The position numbers and the translations under genes were made by a program. The notes below the pieces were generated by a model. The model was not told the DNA's origin. It worked only from the letters and a program-made list of their open reading frames with translations, and made no database searches. This document shows, in pieces, positions 24,086 through 38,400 of a DNA stretch of 64,000 nucleotides. Where the stretch lies: positions 5,146,001-5,210,000 of the forward strand of contig NC_043013.1 of assembly GCF_006345805.1 (NCBI RefSeq), read 5' to 3'. Origin of the DNA: Octopus sinensis (taxonomy: Eukaryota). Each line of letters starts with the position of its first letter. The first letter of the stretch is position 1.

Positions 24086-24897
24086 CCCTTTTGATACCAA
24101 CCCACCCATGACCCCGTCCCCTGATTCCATGATACAAACTTTCTATTTCAAATTCTCTAAATTAAAACCTTTCTTCAAAATTTCATGTTAATTTATGTTC
24201 CAAACACCAGCTAAATAACGAGTTATATTAATGAATTCCTCGTTATTTTCAAAAGTTATATTAAATAATACAAAAAGGCAGTGTATATTTACAAGAAATA
24301 TGGTAACAAAAGGATTAATAGAGAATTGTAGTGGGAGGGCAGTTTGATTTTTAAACTGGTTCTTGGTTAAGATGAAATTTTATAAAATTCCTTTGTGGTG
24401 TTCAATGGATTAATTTAGCAGTGCCAAATCTTTTAAAGATAGTTTTACAATTCACTTAATCTCTTACAAAATCTATGAAATTGAAAAGGGAAAATATTAA
24501 CCCTTTTGATACTAAATCCACTTAAAGATCACTCTTGGTTCTGATACAAATTTCCAATTTTAAAGTCATATAAATTAAAATCTTCCATCAAAATTCCATG
24601 TTGATTTATATTCCAAACCCCAGCTAAATAATTACAAAGTTATTTTACTAAATTCTTCAATATTTTCACAATTTATTGAAACAGAGGCAGTGTATTTCAA
24701 CAGACATGTTTTAGAAAAAAAGTCAATAACAAAGTTATTTTACTAAATTCTTCAATATTTTCACAATTTATTGAAACAATGGCAGTGTATATCAACAGAA
24801 ATATGGTAACAGAAAAGTTAATAGTAATAGTTATTTTACTAAAGTTTTCACTATTTTCAAAATTAACTGAAACAACAGAGATATGGTAACGAAAGGG
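24086..24897. mobile_element. Two piggyBac-type MITEs (24086-24314; 24501-24897 with internal tandem duplication)
   Basis: TTAA|cccttttgatac ... gtaacgaaaggg|TTAA. Confidence 0.75.
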
Positions 24898-26259
24898 TTA
24901 ATAAAGATTTATAATGATTTTTCATGTAGGGGTTCCTTGAGATATGGAATGTATTTTAAGGGTTCCTCAACCATAAAAAGGCTGGGAAACATCAACATTA
25001 CAGAACCTAAATTATATTCCTCTCAATCCCAAACTCGAATCCTGCCATGTTTTACTCTTTGTTATAAGAGGAGGAGGAGAGAGGGCCAGTAACACAAATA
25101 CCAGTAATATATTGAGGTAAGTGATGTGTCATCAGTTCTGTCAACAATAATCCTTCTCTGCAAAATTTGGTCTTGTGACTTGATTTGAAAGAGATTCTTT
25201 ACAGACAAGGCAAGGATTTTAGGTAAACCTACAGCAAACTGAGTCTACAAACCTTCTTTTGATTGCTTGAATCCATTTCACTTCTTTTATATTTGTTAAT
25301 ATTATTGGCAAGGCATCTATGTCACAGCATCCTGTTGTCTCTTTGTAAATCCAAAACCAAAGAAAGTGAACATCATTTATATTAAAGGTCATCTATTATT
25401 TTAATACAGGTATGTTTCTCTCTTTCTATTTTATGTGTATGTTTAAGTTGCATTATATATGCATTCAAGTAATCCGGTGGTACTCCGAATAAAAATACTC
25501 CTTAATGTATCATTGTACAAACCATATACGAGAACAAAGGATAAGGGGTGTACGAAGAGTCATAAATGATAGACAAATATTTAGATGAATCTTTATTTAA
25601 TGATAAAAACGTCTGAATATCACAACAAATTTGTTTCGTTACGCAAAAGCATGTTTTTGAATTATAAAACAAATTTGTCATGATATTAAGATTTTTTATT
25701 GTTAAAGATTCATCAAAATATTTGTCTGTCATTTATGACTAATATATGTATATCGTCATCATCGTTTAACGTCCATTTTCCGTACTAGCACGGGTTGGAC
25801 GGTTTGACCGGGGTCTGGGAAGCCAGGAGGCTGCACCAGGCTCCAGTCTGATCTGGCAGTGTTTCTACAGCTGGATGCCCTTCCTAACACCAACCACTCC
25901 ATAAGTGTAGTGGGTGCTTTTTACATTCCACCGACACAGAAGCCAGTCAAGGCGGCGCTGGTATCGGCCACGTTCGGATATATATATGTATATGTAGACA
26001 AAATACACACATGAATATATATCAACAAACCACATGTGATGCAAAAAGAGGCAGCCCTCAACGTCATTGGGACAAGAGGACTTTATTAAATGTTACAAGC
26101 AGGAAAACTTGCTTTCAGGACTAAAGTTTTTGTGTCAGCAATTCAGTGATCATTGTGCATCTTCAACTTATGCAATTCAGGTGCACCGTACTTTATTTTT
26201 CAATTGATACTGCTCTTTACCCTGGAATTACATAATCCAAAAATGTGCAACAACCAATT

Positions 26260-26690
26260 ACACCATTTTCAAGTATTCCAGCAGCTTGAAACCCAGTTTC
26301 TCAATGGTTCCAACAGTGTGGATTGTCATATGTGGGCATGCATTGTCATGCATCAATAACGCTTGATTTGACAATAGATCCTGGCATTTGATGTAAATTA
26401 CTGGTTTCACTCTAGCCTGCACTGGTGACTGTAGACCTCTTTTCCAGGTAGTGTTCCACTATACACCCTTTTGTGTTCCTAAAAACTATTGAGTCTTGAA
26501 CTTCTTTGTTGCTGGCAATTCCAGGTGTTTCTACTCCATACTCTGCCTTTTGGATTCCAGCTTCAAGTGATGGATCCAGAGTCTCATCCCTCATGATAAT
26601 TGTCTCCAAAAAACAAAGTTTCACCTTCATTGTTTTTGTGGTTGAGTAAGTGTTGACAGATCTCCAGACAGTTGCACTTAAGCACTTTGG
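26260..26690 (-). pseudogene. Degraded mariner transposase fragment
   Basis: Frame-broken motifs DET-WIHH..ESKRQSME.KH...KKFKTQ and LMHDNACPH..HT. Confidence 0.7.
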
Positions 26691-28109
26691 TAAGCTCTCT
26701 TGGCACCCATCTTGCACAGACTTACCACACAGCCACTCCTGTGCCCAACTATCTTTGGGCTTGTCCAGGTTACTGATTTCTGTTTTTCTTTGGTGCACAC
26801 TGCCAGCAGAGCCACCATGTTTACCTTGTGACACAAGAAAGAAAACTGGAACGGTTAAGGTCAAGCAAGTGCTGAAGATAGAACAGTGAACCTACAGAGT
26901 TTTGGCAAAAGTGCAAATAATTTTTCACTTCTTGTATTTTGTGTGTATATAATGGGAATGTACACATGCATATTGCAAGAGGGAGCATACCCATAAAATC
27001 AAGAGTTAATGAACAACTCCCCTGAGATGAACTAAAGGTAATAAAGAAGAGAAAGCAGCTCAGGCTAAAATTATACATCCAGCCAATTTTGAAAAGCTAC
27101 TGTAAGAACTAGTAGTTCTGTATCAGTCTCAACAAAGCCACATCAGATGTAAATTAAATCAAACTAAAGTGCTAATGTACTGAGGCAAATTTACACACAC
27201 ACACACTCTTAACATTTCTCTTGATCATTTTCATGCTGAATACAATCTCATTAGAATTCCTTTCTCTCATAATGCACTGCTTTCATCCATGATAAACAAT
27301 CTACTATGAAGTTTTTCCATCCGTTTTCTAACATTTAAACCTTCTTCAGTGTATTTTGAATGCAATCCTTATAGTTTGGTTAATGTTCACTCCCGGTCAC
27401 CAAAACAAAACAAAAAAAAAAGTGTGTCTTAATTGAATTCGGAAAACAAATATTTGCGCCAACGAACTCGGGAGGTGGAGAGAGGACTTTCGGAAAATTC
27501 ACAAGATAAGACTTTTCCCTCGTAACTTTTAGGAAAATGAATATCTTTTAATGAAATTTGATATAAATATCTTTCAAACGGCATAGATTACAATTATAAC
27601 GAAATTTGTGAGGAAAATGTTTTCGGAGGTGGGCGGGGGGAGATTAGGAAAAAGTTTTTAAAAATATCCCAATTGTGTAGATGTGCTAAAATCAACAGCT
27701 AAATCACCTTTAACTTTTTTTTTTTCAAAGTGAAACATATTCGACACTGTATTTATGAATTTATTTCTCTCACCCTGATACATGGGATCTTTCTTAAAAC
27801 CTTTTTCTATTATTCAGACGAAAAATAAATATATTTTTTACTGAAATAGATAACAAGTCTTATTTGCAACGAACAAGAAGCTGTTCATAGAATCTGGACG
27901 TTTAAACAAGATAGCTTCCTTAAAAGAAAATGTGACCAAGACAAGCTTTTTTTTTTAAAGCTGATTCTTGAAAGTGAATCAGTTACTCTAATTCTTTATT
28001 AGCTACTGAGGGCCCAACATAGTACATGTACAGGAAAACAAATGGGGGCATAGAGCATAAAAACAATGAATGAAAATGAATTATAAATAAATGAGGGGGC
28101 GATGGCTAC

Positions 28110-30860
28110 TCAAACTTCTCTCTCGAGCAGAACCATTTAAGTGTTCTTCATCAAGATTTTCCTTTTTTTTTTCTCTCGTGGTAGCAAGTGTGTAGTCTTT
28201 CCGTCCTTTTTTTTTTTTTTTTAAATATTAAAACTTACATCGCTTTTGTACAAGAAGTGTGTGTTTTGCTGCTGCGAGAATATTTTGTTTTGTTAAATCG
28301 TAATATCTATAATGATGGTGCGGTTAATTTTTGACTTATCTGATACTTCTGTTCCCTCGTCGGACGAAGAAGAAATGATTGCTGAGGCAATGGAAAGAAA
28401 AATAACCGAACCCGGTCAAAACCGAACTAAAAATCGTTTTAGAAAGTACCAATTTTGCTGCAGCCGCCAGCGTGAATAAAAGAGACGTTTCTACGGGGAA
28501 AAAAAGAACTGGACAAATATAGGGGACTACTTCGAAGAGAGGGTTTCGACGTTAGAATAAACCCACTCAGCGAAGTAAAGCTTACCACCCAGAGGAAGAT
28601 CGTGTTCTATAAGACATATATTATAAAGAACAAAAAAATTGAGATTGCTTCAAAGGAAGCCGTAGAAAAGTGCCTTCAGCCCATCTGGAAGGATATAACT
28701 TACATCACTCGAGGCAAAAAATTCGCCACTGTGGAGGTGAGATTTCCATCAGAGGAATTAGCCAGGCGACATTCAACCGCTCCAGTCAATTCGGTTGAAC
28801 TAGTGCTCCCACCCATATAATTTGGGAGGCGTACTTGCAAGGTAGGAGACATTCAACCGGAGATTGATGTTGTCTCATGGCAGCTATTACACTGGGCTTG
28901 GAGGATAAAATAACCGTCCTCCAGGCCACACAATACCTGCAACAAAATTGACAGAGTCAACGACTCGAAATGTTGATTCAAGCGACCCCTGCAGATTTAA
29001 AAAAGTTATTGAGTCCATTTTAGTTGAGGAAGACACCAGCCTAGGGGTCATGGTGGAGGGACGAAGGCCGAGGTGTTACAAGTGTGGCCAAAAAGGCCAC
29101 ATAAGATCGGAATGCCCTCCACCATCGAAGCCCACCAACAAACTAACAACGTCAGAAGAATCACCAGAGAAAGAAAACCAGCCGCCTAAAGAAGCGACAA
29201 AAAGAACGGTAGAAGAGACGGAAATGCAGCCTCCACTCAAAGAAGACTTGGAGTAGAGTAAGGTCACCCGCAAAAAGAAAAGCTGAATAAGTAAGTTCCC
29301 ACTGCACTCCCTCTGACACCAGCATTCCCACCACCTCAAATAACACCACAGACACACAACCCCCACTCCCAAATTCCCCAACAGTGCATGAACATTAATT
29401 CTATTAACACCAAAAATGAAAAACTCACACAAGTTATACAAAACTTTCCATCTGCTTCTCTGTTCCGTGCACCCGAGAATCCATTTATCCCATCCCACAT
29501 ACAGTTCATTCAAATTGAATGAATAGGCTATGCAGCTTTACAAAAAGACAATCAAAGAGGATGATGCTTCTTTCCAAAAACAACTTTTCGCTTCATTTAC
29601 GTCAACCATTCATAAAAGCCCCCACCACCACCACCACAACGCAAGAAAAAAAGGAGGCGGGTTGACCATTCTCCCTTCATGAAAGGTAAGACTGTTTCAT
29701 GTTCTCGCTCAGCGTAGGTTGCATAAATGTGCACGGCCTGGATCCGGATTGGAAACAAAAGCTGCCTCCTTGACGACCTCAGGTCGCTTAGTTTGGAATT
29801 AGTAGTTACTACCGAAACCAAACTGAGTGGGCTGCAGGCTTTTTCTCTTCTCCTAAACAGTTATGAGAAATTTATTTCTCCAAGCCAACCTGGAGGTGGG
29901 GGAGGAGTTGCAGTCCTACTCAGAAAAAAATCTAGGTTTAAAGAACTGTCTTTGTAGGGCTGGAGAGCAGGTTGATCGTCTTAGATGTGACGCACAACCG
30001 TGATTTTATGTCGAACAACAGTTGTCGCATCTGAGAAGAGTACAACTGTCAACCGAGTCTATAATTAAGATTGTTCCGTCGTCTTCCCTCAATAGGGAAG
30101 AACAGGCTTGTTTCCGCTGCGTAGTAGCTACTGCAAAGGAGGTAGTGTGGAAAACGAGAGTGAAAGGGATTGTGACAGGCACCTTCAACTCCAGCCGTGG
30201 ATTGGTGAACTTTTTCCTTTTCCATATGAAAAGGAAAATAAGGAAAGAGAGGAGATACCTGTCGCACGGAATATTTCGGAAAAGATGGACGACTTTAGCA
30301 AGAGTGTTGAGAGTAAATGAACCTATTTAAGCGACAAGTTAAAGAGTCTACCTAAGGATTCAGTGTTGGAATGTGGTTTGTGGGGTTGGCCACATGCCTC
30401 ACTTCATACTTATTTTTTTCATTCATTTTTGTTTTTCGTCCGAATTTTATACTTATTTGTCATCAATTTTATGTTCCATTCGTCCCCCGATCCTTTGTCT
30501 GTTCTTGTATCGTCCACTCTGTGTTTTGACCACAGCTTCAACTCGTCATAGTTCACGACTGGGGTAGGACATCATACACCCCCCCACTCCTAATGGGTCT
30601 ATGTTTGCCCCGAACCAGTCCTTTAATTTAGCATATCTTTCCTTGTCTATTAGTATACATTTAGTGTTTCCTGTATATTCCTCAATTTCATTCTAATCAC
30701 CATTTTGAACCCTGCTGGTTTTTTCGTTCCATTGCCGTGCTTTTTGTGTACGTCATAATATACGCTTTGTTTTTACGGACCCTTTTGAGGGACTCTGCGT
30801 TATGCTAATCCGTGTCTGTCTGTCTACCTGGATAACTCGGACTATCTGGGGCGGTTTCCT
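28110..30860 (+). mobile_element. Degenerate, internally deleted Tx1/L1-like non-LTR element
   Basis: ORF1 remnant with CCHC knuckle RCYKCGQKGHIRSEC (28948-29256); endonuclease start NVHGL...TETKL...GGVAVLL (about 29725-29950) joined directly to an ORF2-like C-terminus (AKEVVWKTR...FRKRW, ending 30330). Boundaries are approximate. Confidence 0.7.
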
Positions 30861-31077
30861 TTTTTCTTTTTGGTATAACTAACTCGAGCTAGTTATGCGG
30901 TATACAAAAATATTGCTAAAAAAAACTCAAGCCACATAATGATGATGAATTCGTGAAAGAATCTATCCTTACTGCTGTTGAGAATTATGCCCAGAAAAAC
31001 ACTTACTTTGTTTGGAAATACCAGCTTATTAAGAAGAACTGCTGTTTCTGATCGTATTAACGATATTAAAAATTCTC

Positions 31078-31385
31078 TACACCAACAACACTGAACACCT
31101 TTTTGATTTCCATGTGTCTAACACACGTGGACATGCCTACAAAGTCAGAAAACAACACAGCTCCCATGACTTTCGGAAACATTTTTTCACGCTCAGAGTT
31201 GCTGAAGCATGGAATAAACTGCCTGCGTCAGTTGTTGACTGCCATGACACTGCATCCTTTAAGGCCTTCATGCTTTCCGAAATCCGCCGAAACTACACCT
31301 GATTATATATACACTTTAGATGAGTTGTAGTGCACCTGAGCACTGTACACAATTATTATTATTATTATTATATTATTATTATTAT
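31078..31385 (+). mobile_element. CR1-clade LINE 3' fragment, near-identical to 5790-6075
   Basis: Same sequence with few substitutions; (att)n tail. Confidence 0.85.
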
Positions 31386-31693
31386 CTGATTCAGCAGAAT
31401 TCGTATTGTAGTCATTTTTTATTGATGATACGACTGATCTGTCCAATTACTGCTCAGATGGCAATATTTATACGTGGAATAACTGCAAAATTCAACGTTT
31501 GGGAAGAATTTCTTGCCTTGAAATTAACTAGAGGTGAAGATTTATTTCAAATTAAAGGATTTTGATTTACTGCATGAAAAAATGAAAAATTTAGCATATG
31601 GAAAAAATTTCAAAATTAAATTCGGTCTGTGGTTGACTTATGATTTCTCCAACATTAGGATAGTTACATTTTGAAAAACATAGAATACCTAAT

Positions 31694-32050
31694 CTCTCTA
31701 TATATAAAGCTGAAGTTGTCTGTGTATGGCAGGTTTGGTAGCCTTCAACTAACACTATCTCCTCTGAGACCCTGCGGCGCAAGTTGACCAAATTTGAGAG
31801 TATCATAGAAGAATGCTTGCTCTTCCTTTCGGAGAAGAAAAAATTCGGATCTTTTCGCTTTGACCGGCAGATTTTTAAAATAATTTCTTTGTAACTAAAC
31901 ATTTTAAAACTTCGTATACTGGTAGAATGTGTTTATAAAACATCTTTTTCTCTTGGCTTTCTTGAGAAAATTCTGTAGTTTGTAAGCTATTTGTTGTTTA
32001 ATTTCTTGCATTTCGTCAATTTCAACCAATCAATGACGTCTATTGAGGTG
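31694..32050 (+). mobile_element. Helitron-like repeat (related copy at about 45815-46130)
   Basis: tctctctatatataaag start; shared ccttcaactaacactatctcct..gagaccctgcggcgcaagttgacc. Confidence 0.55.
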
Positions 32051-32690
32051 AATTCAAATTGCCAAAGCCTTTTCTGAGACACCAGATGGTACCATGACAT
32101 TAAATTCATGGTCCTTCTCATATGATTATGTAAATTGTGAAATTTATAATAAAAATTTAAATTTCATAATATATGATAAAAATCTAAAATTTTACTGTTT
32201 ACCAGAATATAATGTTGAATTTTGAAAGAAGCTTGCTTCCCAACCTGATGGTTCTGGGTTCAGTTCCACTGTATGGCACCTTGGGTAAGTGTCTACTACT
32301 ACAGCGTTGGGCCGACCAAAGCCTTGTGAGTGGATTTAGTAAATGGAAACTGAAAGAAGCCTGTTGTATATATGTGTGTGTGTGTATTTATGTTTGTCTG
32401 TCTGTGTTTGTCCCTCTGCCATCTCTTGACAACCGATGTTGGTGTGTTTACATCCCCGTAACTTAGTGGTTCAGCAAAAGAGACCAATAGAATAAGTACT
32501 AGGCTAACACAGAATGAATCCTGGGGTTGATTTCTTCGACTGAAATCCTTTGAGGTGGTGCTCAAGTAAATGACTGAAACAAGTAAAAGAATAAAAGAAT
32601 AAATTGTATAGTAATTATCCTTTTTGATACCAACCCCTTTGTGCCATCCATAGTTCTGTGATACAAGCTTCCAGTCTTAAAATGATTTAA

Positions 32691-32910
32691 CCCTTTCGTT
32701 ACTGTATTTATTTTGAGATGCTCCATGTTTCTTTCAATTACTTTAAATATTACAAAGAATTTAGTAAAATAACTTAGTTATCATTAAGCTAGTATTGGGA
32801 ACATAAATTGTGACTAAGGTTTGGTGGAAGATTTTCATTCAAAATTTTTGAAAACAAGACATTTGTACTCAGGGCCAGAGCCGGTTTCAGCCAGGTTGGT
32901 AACGAAAGGG
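32691..32910. mobile_element. piggyBac-type MITE nested in a related MITE
   Basis: TTAA|ccctttcgttac ... gtaacgaaaggg|TTAA. Confidence 0.85.
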
Positions 32911-33559
32911 TTAAGTTCAAACTTTCCATCAAAATTTCTTGTTTGATTATCTTCCAAACACCAGTTTCATAAGGACAAAGTTCTTTTGTTAAATTCTTCA
33001 TTATTTCTAAAGTCAGTTGAAACAAAATCTGTGTATTTTGAAAGAAATATGGTAACAAAAGAGTTAATTTCTATGAAAAGGCCACATCCTAATTTGGGAA
33101 TGAATTCAAGTTCTTCTTCCTTTCCTTTCTCGGATCCTCAACCCCTCACAGAGTGTGCCATTGTGGAATACAGCATCTCTTGGATTATAAAGAGATGTAA
33201 ACTGAACATCATAAGAGATTTTATCCCTCCCTCCACCGATTCTTCAACACATGACTCTTCAATACATAATAATTAATAAGAAATTATTACAAATACGGGC
33301 AATTAATTAGTCTGCCAGAGTAAGCAAACTGACAACCTCATGTTCCCAAGCAGTCAAAGAATTTCAATAAATTCTTAAGCAAGATTTGAAAGCTGTTCAT
33401 CATAATATTGAGGGAATGGAGCAGGTAAAATGCTTGTATATGCTTCTGAAGCTAATGATGTACACTCTACTAAAATGCCACACTTTGGCACACACACAAA
33501 CACACTTAGAAAGTCTGTTATGTCCATTTGATTATACAAAAGGATTGTCTTGGTTCTCT

Positions 33560-33628
33560 TCATCTGTGAATTTGTTGAGAGGATTTCTTCAGTGCCAGCC
33601 ATTTCTTTTGGTGAGAATCGTAACTCAT
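33560..33628 (-). CDS. CFAP263: CFAP263 terminal coding exon (MSYDSHQKKWLALKKSSQQIHR*)
   Basis: ttacag|ATG, TGA at 33562-33560. Confidence 0.78.
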   Translation of the reverse strand: MSYDSHQKKWLALKKSSQQIHR

Positions 33629-35409
33629 CTGTAAGTCAAAATATAGAAATAAAAAAATAAGTGAAATTGGACATAAATATCATCATCATCATCATCATTT
33701 AACATCTGTTTTCCATGCCGGCATGGGTTGGACAATTTGTCATGAGCTGGCAAGCCAGAAAAGTTCAGCAAGCTTCAATTGTCTATTTTGGCATGGTTTC
33801 TAGAGCTGGATGCCCTTCCTAACACCAACCACTTTACAGAGGGTGCTGGGTTCTTTTTATGTGACACCAGCACAAGTGCTTTACATGTGACACTGGCACA
33901 GGTGCATCTTATGTGGCACTAGCATTGGAGCTTTTTACATGGCGCCAGCACAGCATATATATCATCATCATCGTTTAACGTCCGTTTTCCATGCTAGCAC
34001 GGGTTGGACGGTTCAACCAGGGTCTGGGAAGCCAGGAGACTGCACCAGGCTCCAGTCTGATCTGGCAGTGTTTCTACAGCTGGATGCCCTTCCTAACGCC
34101 AACAGCTCCGTGAGTGTAGTGGGTGCTTTTTACGTGCCACTGGCACAGAAGCCAGTCAAGGCAGCGCTGGCATCGGCCACGTTCGGATGGTGCTTTTTAT
34201 GTGCCACCAGCACATATATATATATACACATGCACACACACACAGATATACACTGTACTAGTGCCATATCAAAAGTAACCATATATTGGCCTTCTCACCT
34301 AGCCAGTGGTGTAATGTCATTTGATGGCTAAAACAATGCAAAGTGCATTGTGAATAGTGATGTGTAACAGCATCTGATAGCCTGGTCAGTCATGTGGTAT
34401 ATATATATATATATACCACATGACTGACCAGGCTATCAGTCATCCTCGGAGGAATTTGAACTCAGAACGTCGCAACAGGTAAAATACTGCTAAGCATTTC
34501 ATCCTGTGTACTAAAGATTCTGCCAGCTCTCCACCTTATTAATAACTATTATTATGGTTTCAGCATAGCCTTACTGGTACTTGTGCCCCGTGCTAGCAGG
34601 GTGCTAAGAGCACCATCTGAGCATGATCATTGCCAGAGTGGCTAACTGGCTTCCGTGCCGGTGGCAAGTAAAAGGCACCATTCGAGCACGATCGTTACTG
34701 GCACGTGTAAAAACATTCAAGAAAGGTCGTTGCCAGTACCACCTGACTGGCCCTGTGCTGGTGGCACATAAAAGCACCCAATACACTCTCAGAGTGGTTG
34801 GCGTTAGGAAGAGCATCCAACTGTAGAAACTCTGACAGATCAAAATTGGAGCCTGGTGCTGCCATCCGGTTCGCCAGCCCTCAGTCAAATCATCCAACCC
34901 ATGCTAGCATGGAAAGCGGATGTTAAACGATGATAATGATGATGATGTTTCAAATTTTGGCACAAAGCTAGCAATTTCAGAGTAGGGGGTATGTTGATTA
35001 CATCGACCCCCCAGTGCTCAACTTGTACTTATTTTATTGTCCCTGAAAGAATGAAAGCCAAAGTCAACTTTGGGTGAATTTGAACACTGAACATAAAGGC
35101 AACAAAAATCGCATGAAACACTTTGCCTGGCATGCTAACGATTCTGCCAGTTTGCCACCTTAATAATAGTAATAATAATAATGATGATGACGATGACGAC
35201 GACGACGACGGTGCAAGGCCTGAAATTTGGGGAGGGGGGGGTTAGTCGATTATATCAACCCAATGTTTCACTGCTACTTAATTTATTGACCCTGAAAGGA
35301 TGAAAGGGGAAGTCAACCTCAGCAGAATTTGAACTCAGAGTGTAAAGACACACAGAATGCCATGAGGCATTTCATTAGGTGTGCTAACAATTCTGCCAGC
35401 TTGCTACCT

Positions 35410-35443
<34 letters not shown>

Positions 35444-38400
35444 CATCCTTTCTACTATAGTCACAAAGCCTGAAATTTTGGGGGAGGGGACTAGTCGATT
35501 ACATTGACCCTGAAAGAATGAAAGGCAAAGTCGACCTTGGTGAAATTTGAACTCGGAGCATTAAAACGGACGAAATGCCAGCAAGCATTTTGTCAGCCAT
35601 GCTATCAATTCTGGCAGTTGACTGCCTTAATAACGATGATAATAATAGCAGGATTACGGATCTCACTATAGCTTCTAAAAATAAATGACAATCATGTCAA
35701 ACTGTTTTAGATGCATTCATTATATGCAGATCATATCTCTAATACCACCCTCATAATAAATAGGTCACTTCCTTTTTCCCCATACCCCAACCATTAACCT
35801 GATAATGTTGCTCTTATTCTGGTTTGTGACTCAACTACAAAATAAAATTTATGCTTGTTATCAATTCAATAGACTAAAGCAGGTGTTGTGACCCATGGTA
35901 GCTGAATGGTGTTTACTTGTTAACGCTGTGTTGTTGTTGTTCTCCATATAAAACCAAATCACAATATTTAGTTTTCAGTCGTCACAAAGTTTACTGACAC
36001 CTGTTAAGCTGAATGTCAGGGGTGTTGTTATGTATTTGTGAACCTGTGGAAGAGGTAGACCCAGGAAGACCTGGGATGACATAGTGAAGCATGACCTTCG
36101 AACATTGGGCTTCACCGAGGCAATGACTAGTGACTGGGACCTTTGGAAATATGCTGTGCTTGAGAAAACTCAGCAAGCCCAAGTGAGACCATAACTTCGT
36201 GGCCTATGCCAGGGGTGTAACCAGCCCAGTTATGCATACCTTTCCTTCATTGTTGAGGCAAGTGAAATTGAAATCGAAATCAAATTCAATGACTGGTATC
36301 CGTGCAAGTGGAGCACTAAGAGTACCATACAAGTGTGATCGTTGCCAGAGCAACAAACTGGCCTCTGTGCTGGTGGCATGTAAAAAGCACCATTCGAGCA
36401 TGATCGTTACCTGTGTCACCTTCCTGGCACTTGTGCTGGTGGCATGTGAAAAAAGATTCAAGCGAACCCACTGCCAGTGCTACTGGACTTGTTCCTGTGC
36501 AGGTGACACATAAGAAGCACCATTTGAGCGTGGTTGTTGCCAGTACTGACTGGCCCTCATGCCGGTGGCACATAAAAGCACCCACTACACTCTCAGAGTG
36601 GTTGGTGTTAGGAAGGGCATCCAGCTGTAGAAACTCTGCCAGATCAGATTGGAGTCTGGTGCAGCCATCTGGTTCGCCAGACCTCAGTCAAATGGTCCAA
36701 CCCATGCATTTCCAAATTTGAAAGGCGGACGTTAAACGATGATTTTAGAGAGACGACTGCATTGGTATGGTCATGTATTGCATATGGATGATGATAGTTG
36801 TGTGAAAAAGTGTCACACACTTAACAGTGGAGGGAACATATGGAAGAGGTAGACCCAAGAAGACTTTTGATGAAGTGTTGAAATGTGACCTTCACATGTT
36901 GGGCCTCACTGAGGCAATGACAAGTAACCGAAACCTTTGGAGATATGCTGTATTTGAGAAGACCCAGCAAGCCATGTGAGACCATAACTGTGGCCCATGC
37001 CAGTGCAGCATAACCGACCCATTTAAGAGTACCCTTCAATCATTGGACAATAAACTGTGCTTGCAAAGACCTGTTGAGCAAGTGAAGTCTTCGTCATGGC
37101 TGATGATAGTACCGTCTGACTAGTCCCATGCTAGTGGCACGTAAAAAGCACAATTCGAACATGGTTGTTGGCAGTGTTGCCTGGCTGGCTCCTGTGCTGG
37201 TGGCATGTAAAAAGCACCATTCAAGCATGGCCAATGTCAGTACTACCCGAATGGCACTCATGCTGGTGGCACGTAAAAAGCACCCACTACACTCTCGGAG
37301 TGATTGGCATTAGGAAAGACATCTAGAAACATTGCCAGATCGGATTGGTGCCTGGTGCAGCCTTCTGGCTCACCAGCCCTCAGTCAAACCGTGAAACCCA
37401 TCCAAGCATGGAAAACGGATGTTAAACGATGATGATGATGATGATGATGCTCGAGAAACATGGAAACAACTACATTGGAAAAGAACCAACCCCTGTTTTC
37501 TACCAGCACCTTTTACATTACCACAATGGCTCTATAGGTAGAATTATCTTGTCTACACATGCCTCTGATGCCATACTGAGTCAAGACACTGAGTCTACCT
37601 GTGTACATGAATACAAACCCAGCCTCAATTTCAAGTCCAAACGGGGTAACACCCCCCCCCCCGTTCCTTACAAAAATAACTCATCTTAACACCTTCTCGT
37701 TTTCCGGGGTTTTTTTTCTCTTTTTTACTTGATTATTTTTCAACGTATTTTTCTATTTATCTACATCTCGGTGCTATTCATGTAAGTGGGGAGGGTGAAT
37801 TCATTTACAGAGAAAAAAAACTATTTCAATTACCTACTTTTAACTCAACCAAGTATTTAATTATATTTAATTAGTTGCAATATTATTCCATTTATTGTTA
37901 ATTATTTTTGCTTTTTTAATGTCCGCGAACTTGCCACTTGGATTATCATCCTAGTTATTTTCATTATTGTTAATATCCTCGTATTTACTGGTATTAGTAG
38001 TACATAGACATACAGTCATATTACTAGCATCACCATGACTACTACTACTACTACCACCACCACTTCTACTACTGCAATTACTACTAGTACTGGCACTTCT
38101 GCCACCAACACTGCTACTACAACAACAACAACAGGTACCACTACTGCTACCATGACCACAACTACTACTACTACTACACCTCCCTCACAATCCCCTGGGG
38201 TAATACCTTTTCTATTTTGTCTACGGACGCCATAAAAAAATGTTTATATTAGGTTGTCCCAAAAGTTCGTAAACACTTGCAAAAATTGAATTTTTACTCG
38301 CCAAGTACTAACAAAAACAACAAAAATTATTCCTCAAAATAAAGACCATTATTTTCCAAGACTTCTACGAACTTTTGGGACAACCTTATATTTTGTGAGA

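Noticed and set aside
38035-38235. Thr-rich mucin-like ORF
   Set aside because: Trinucleotide low-complexity tract on the strand opposite CFAP263, with no splice context.
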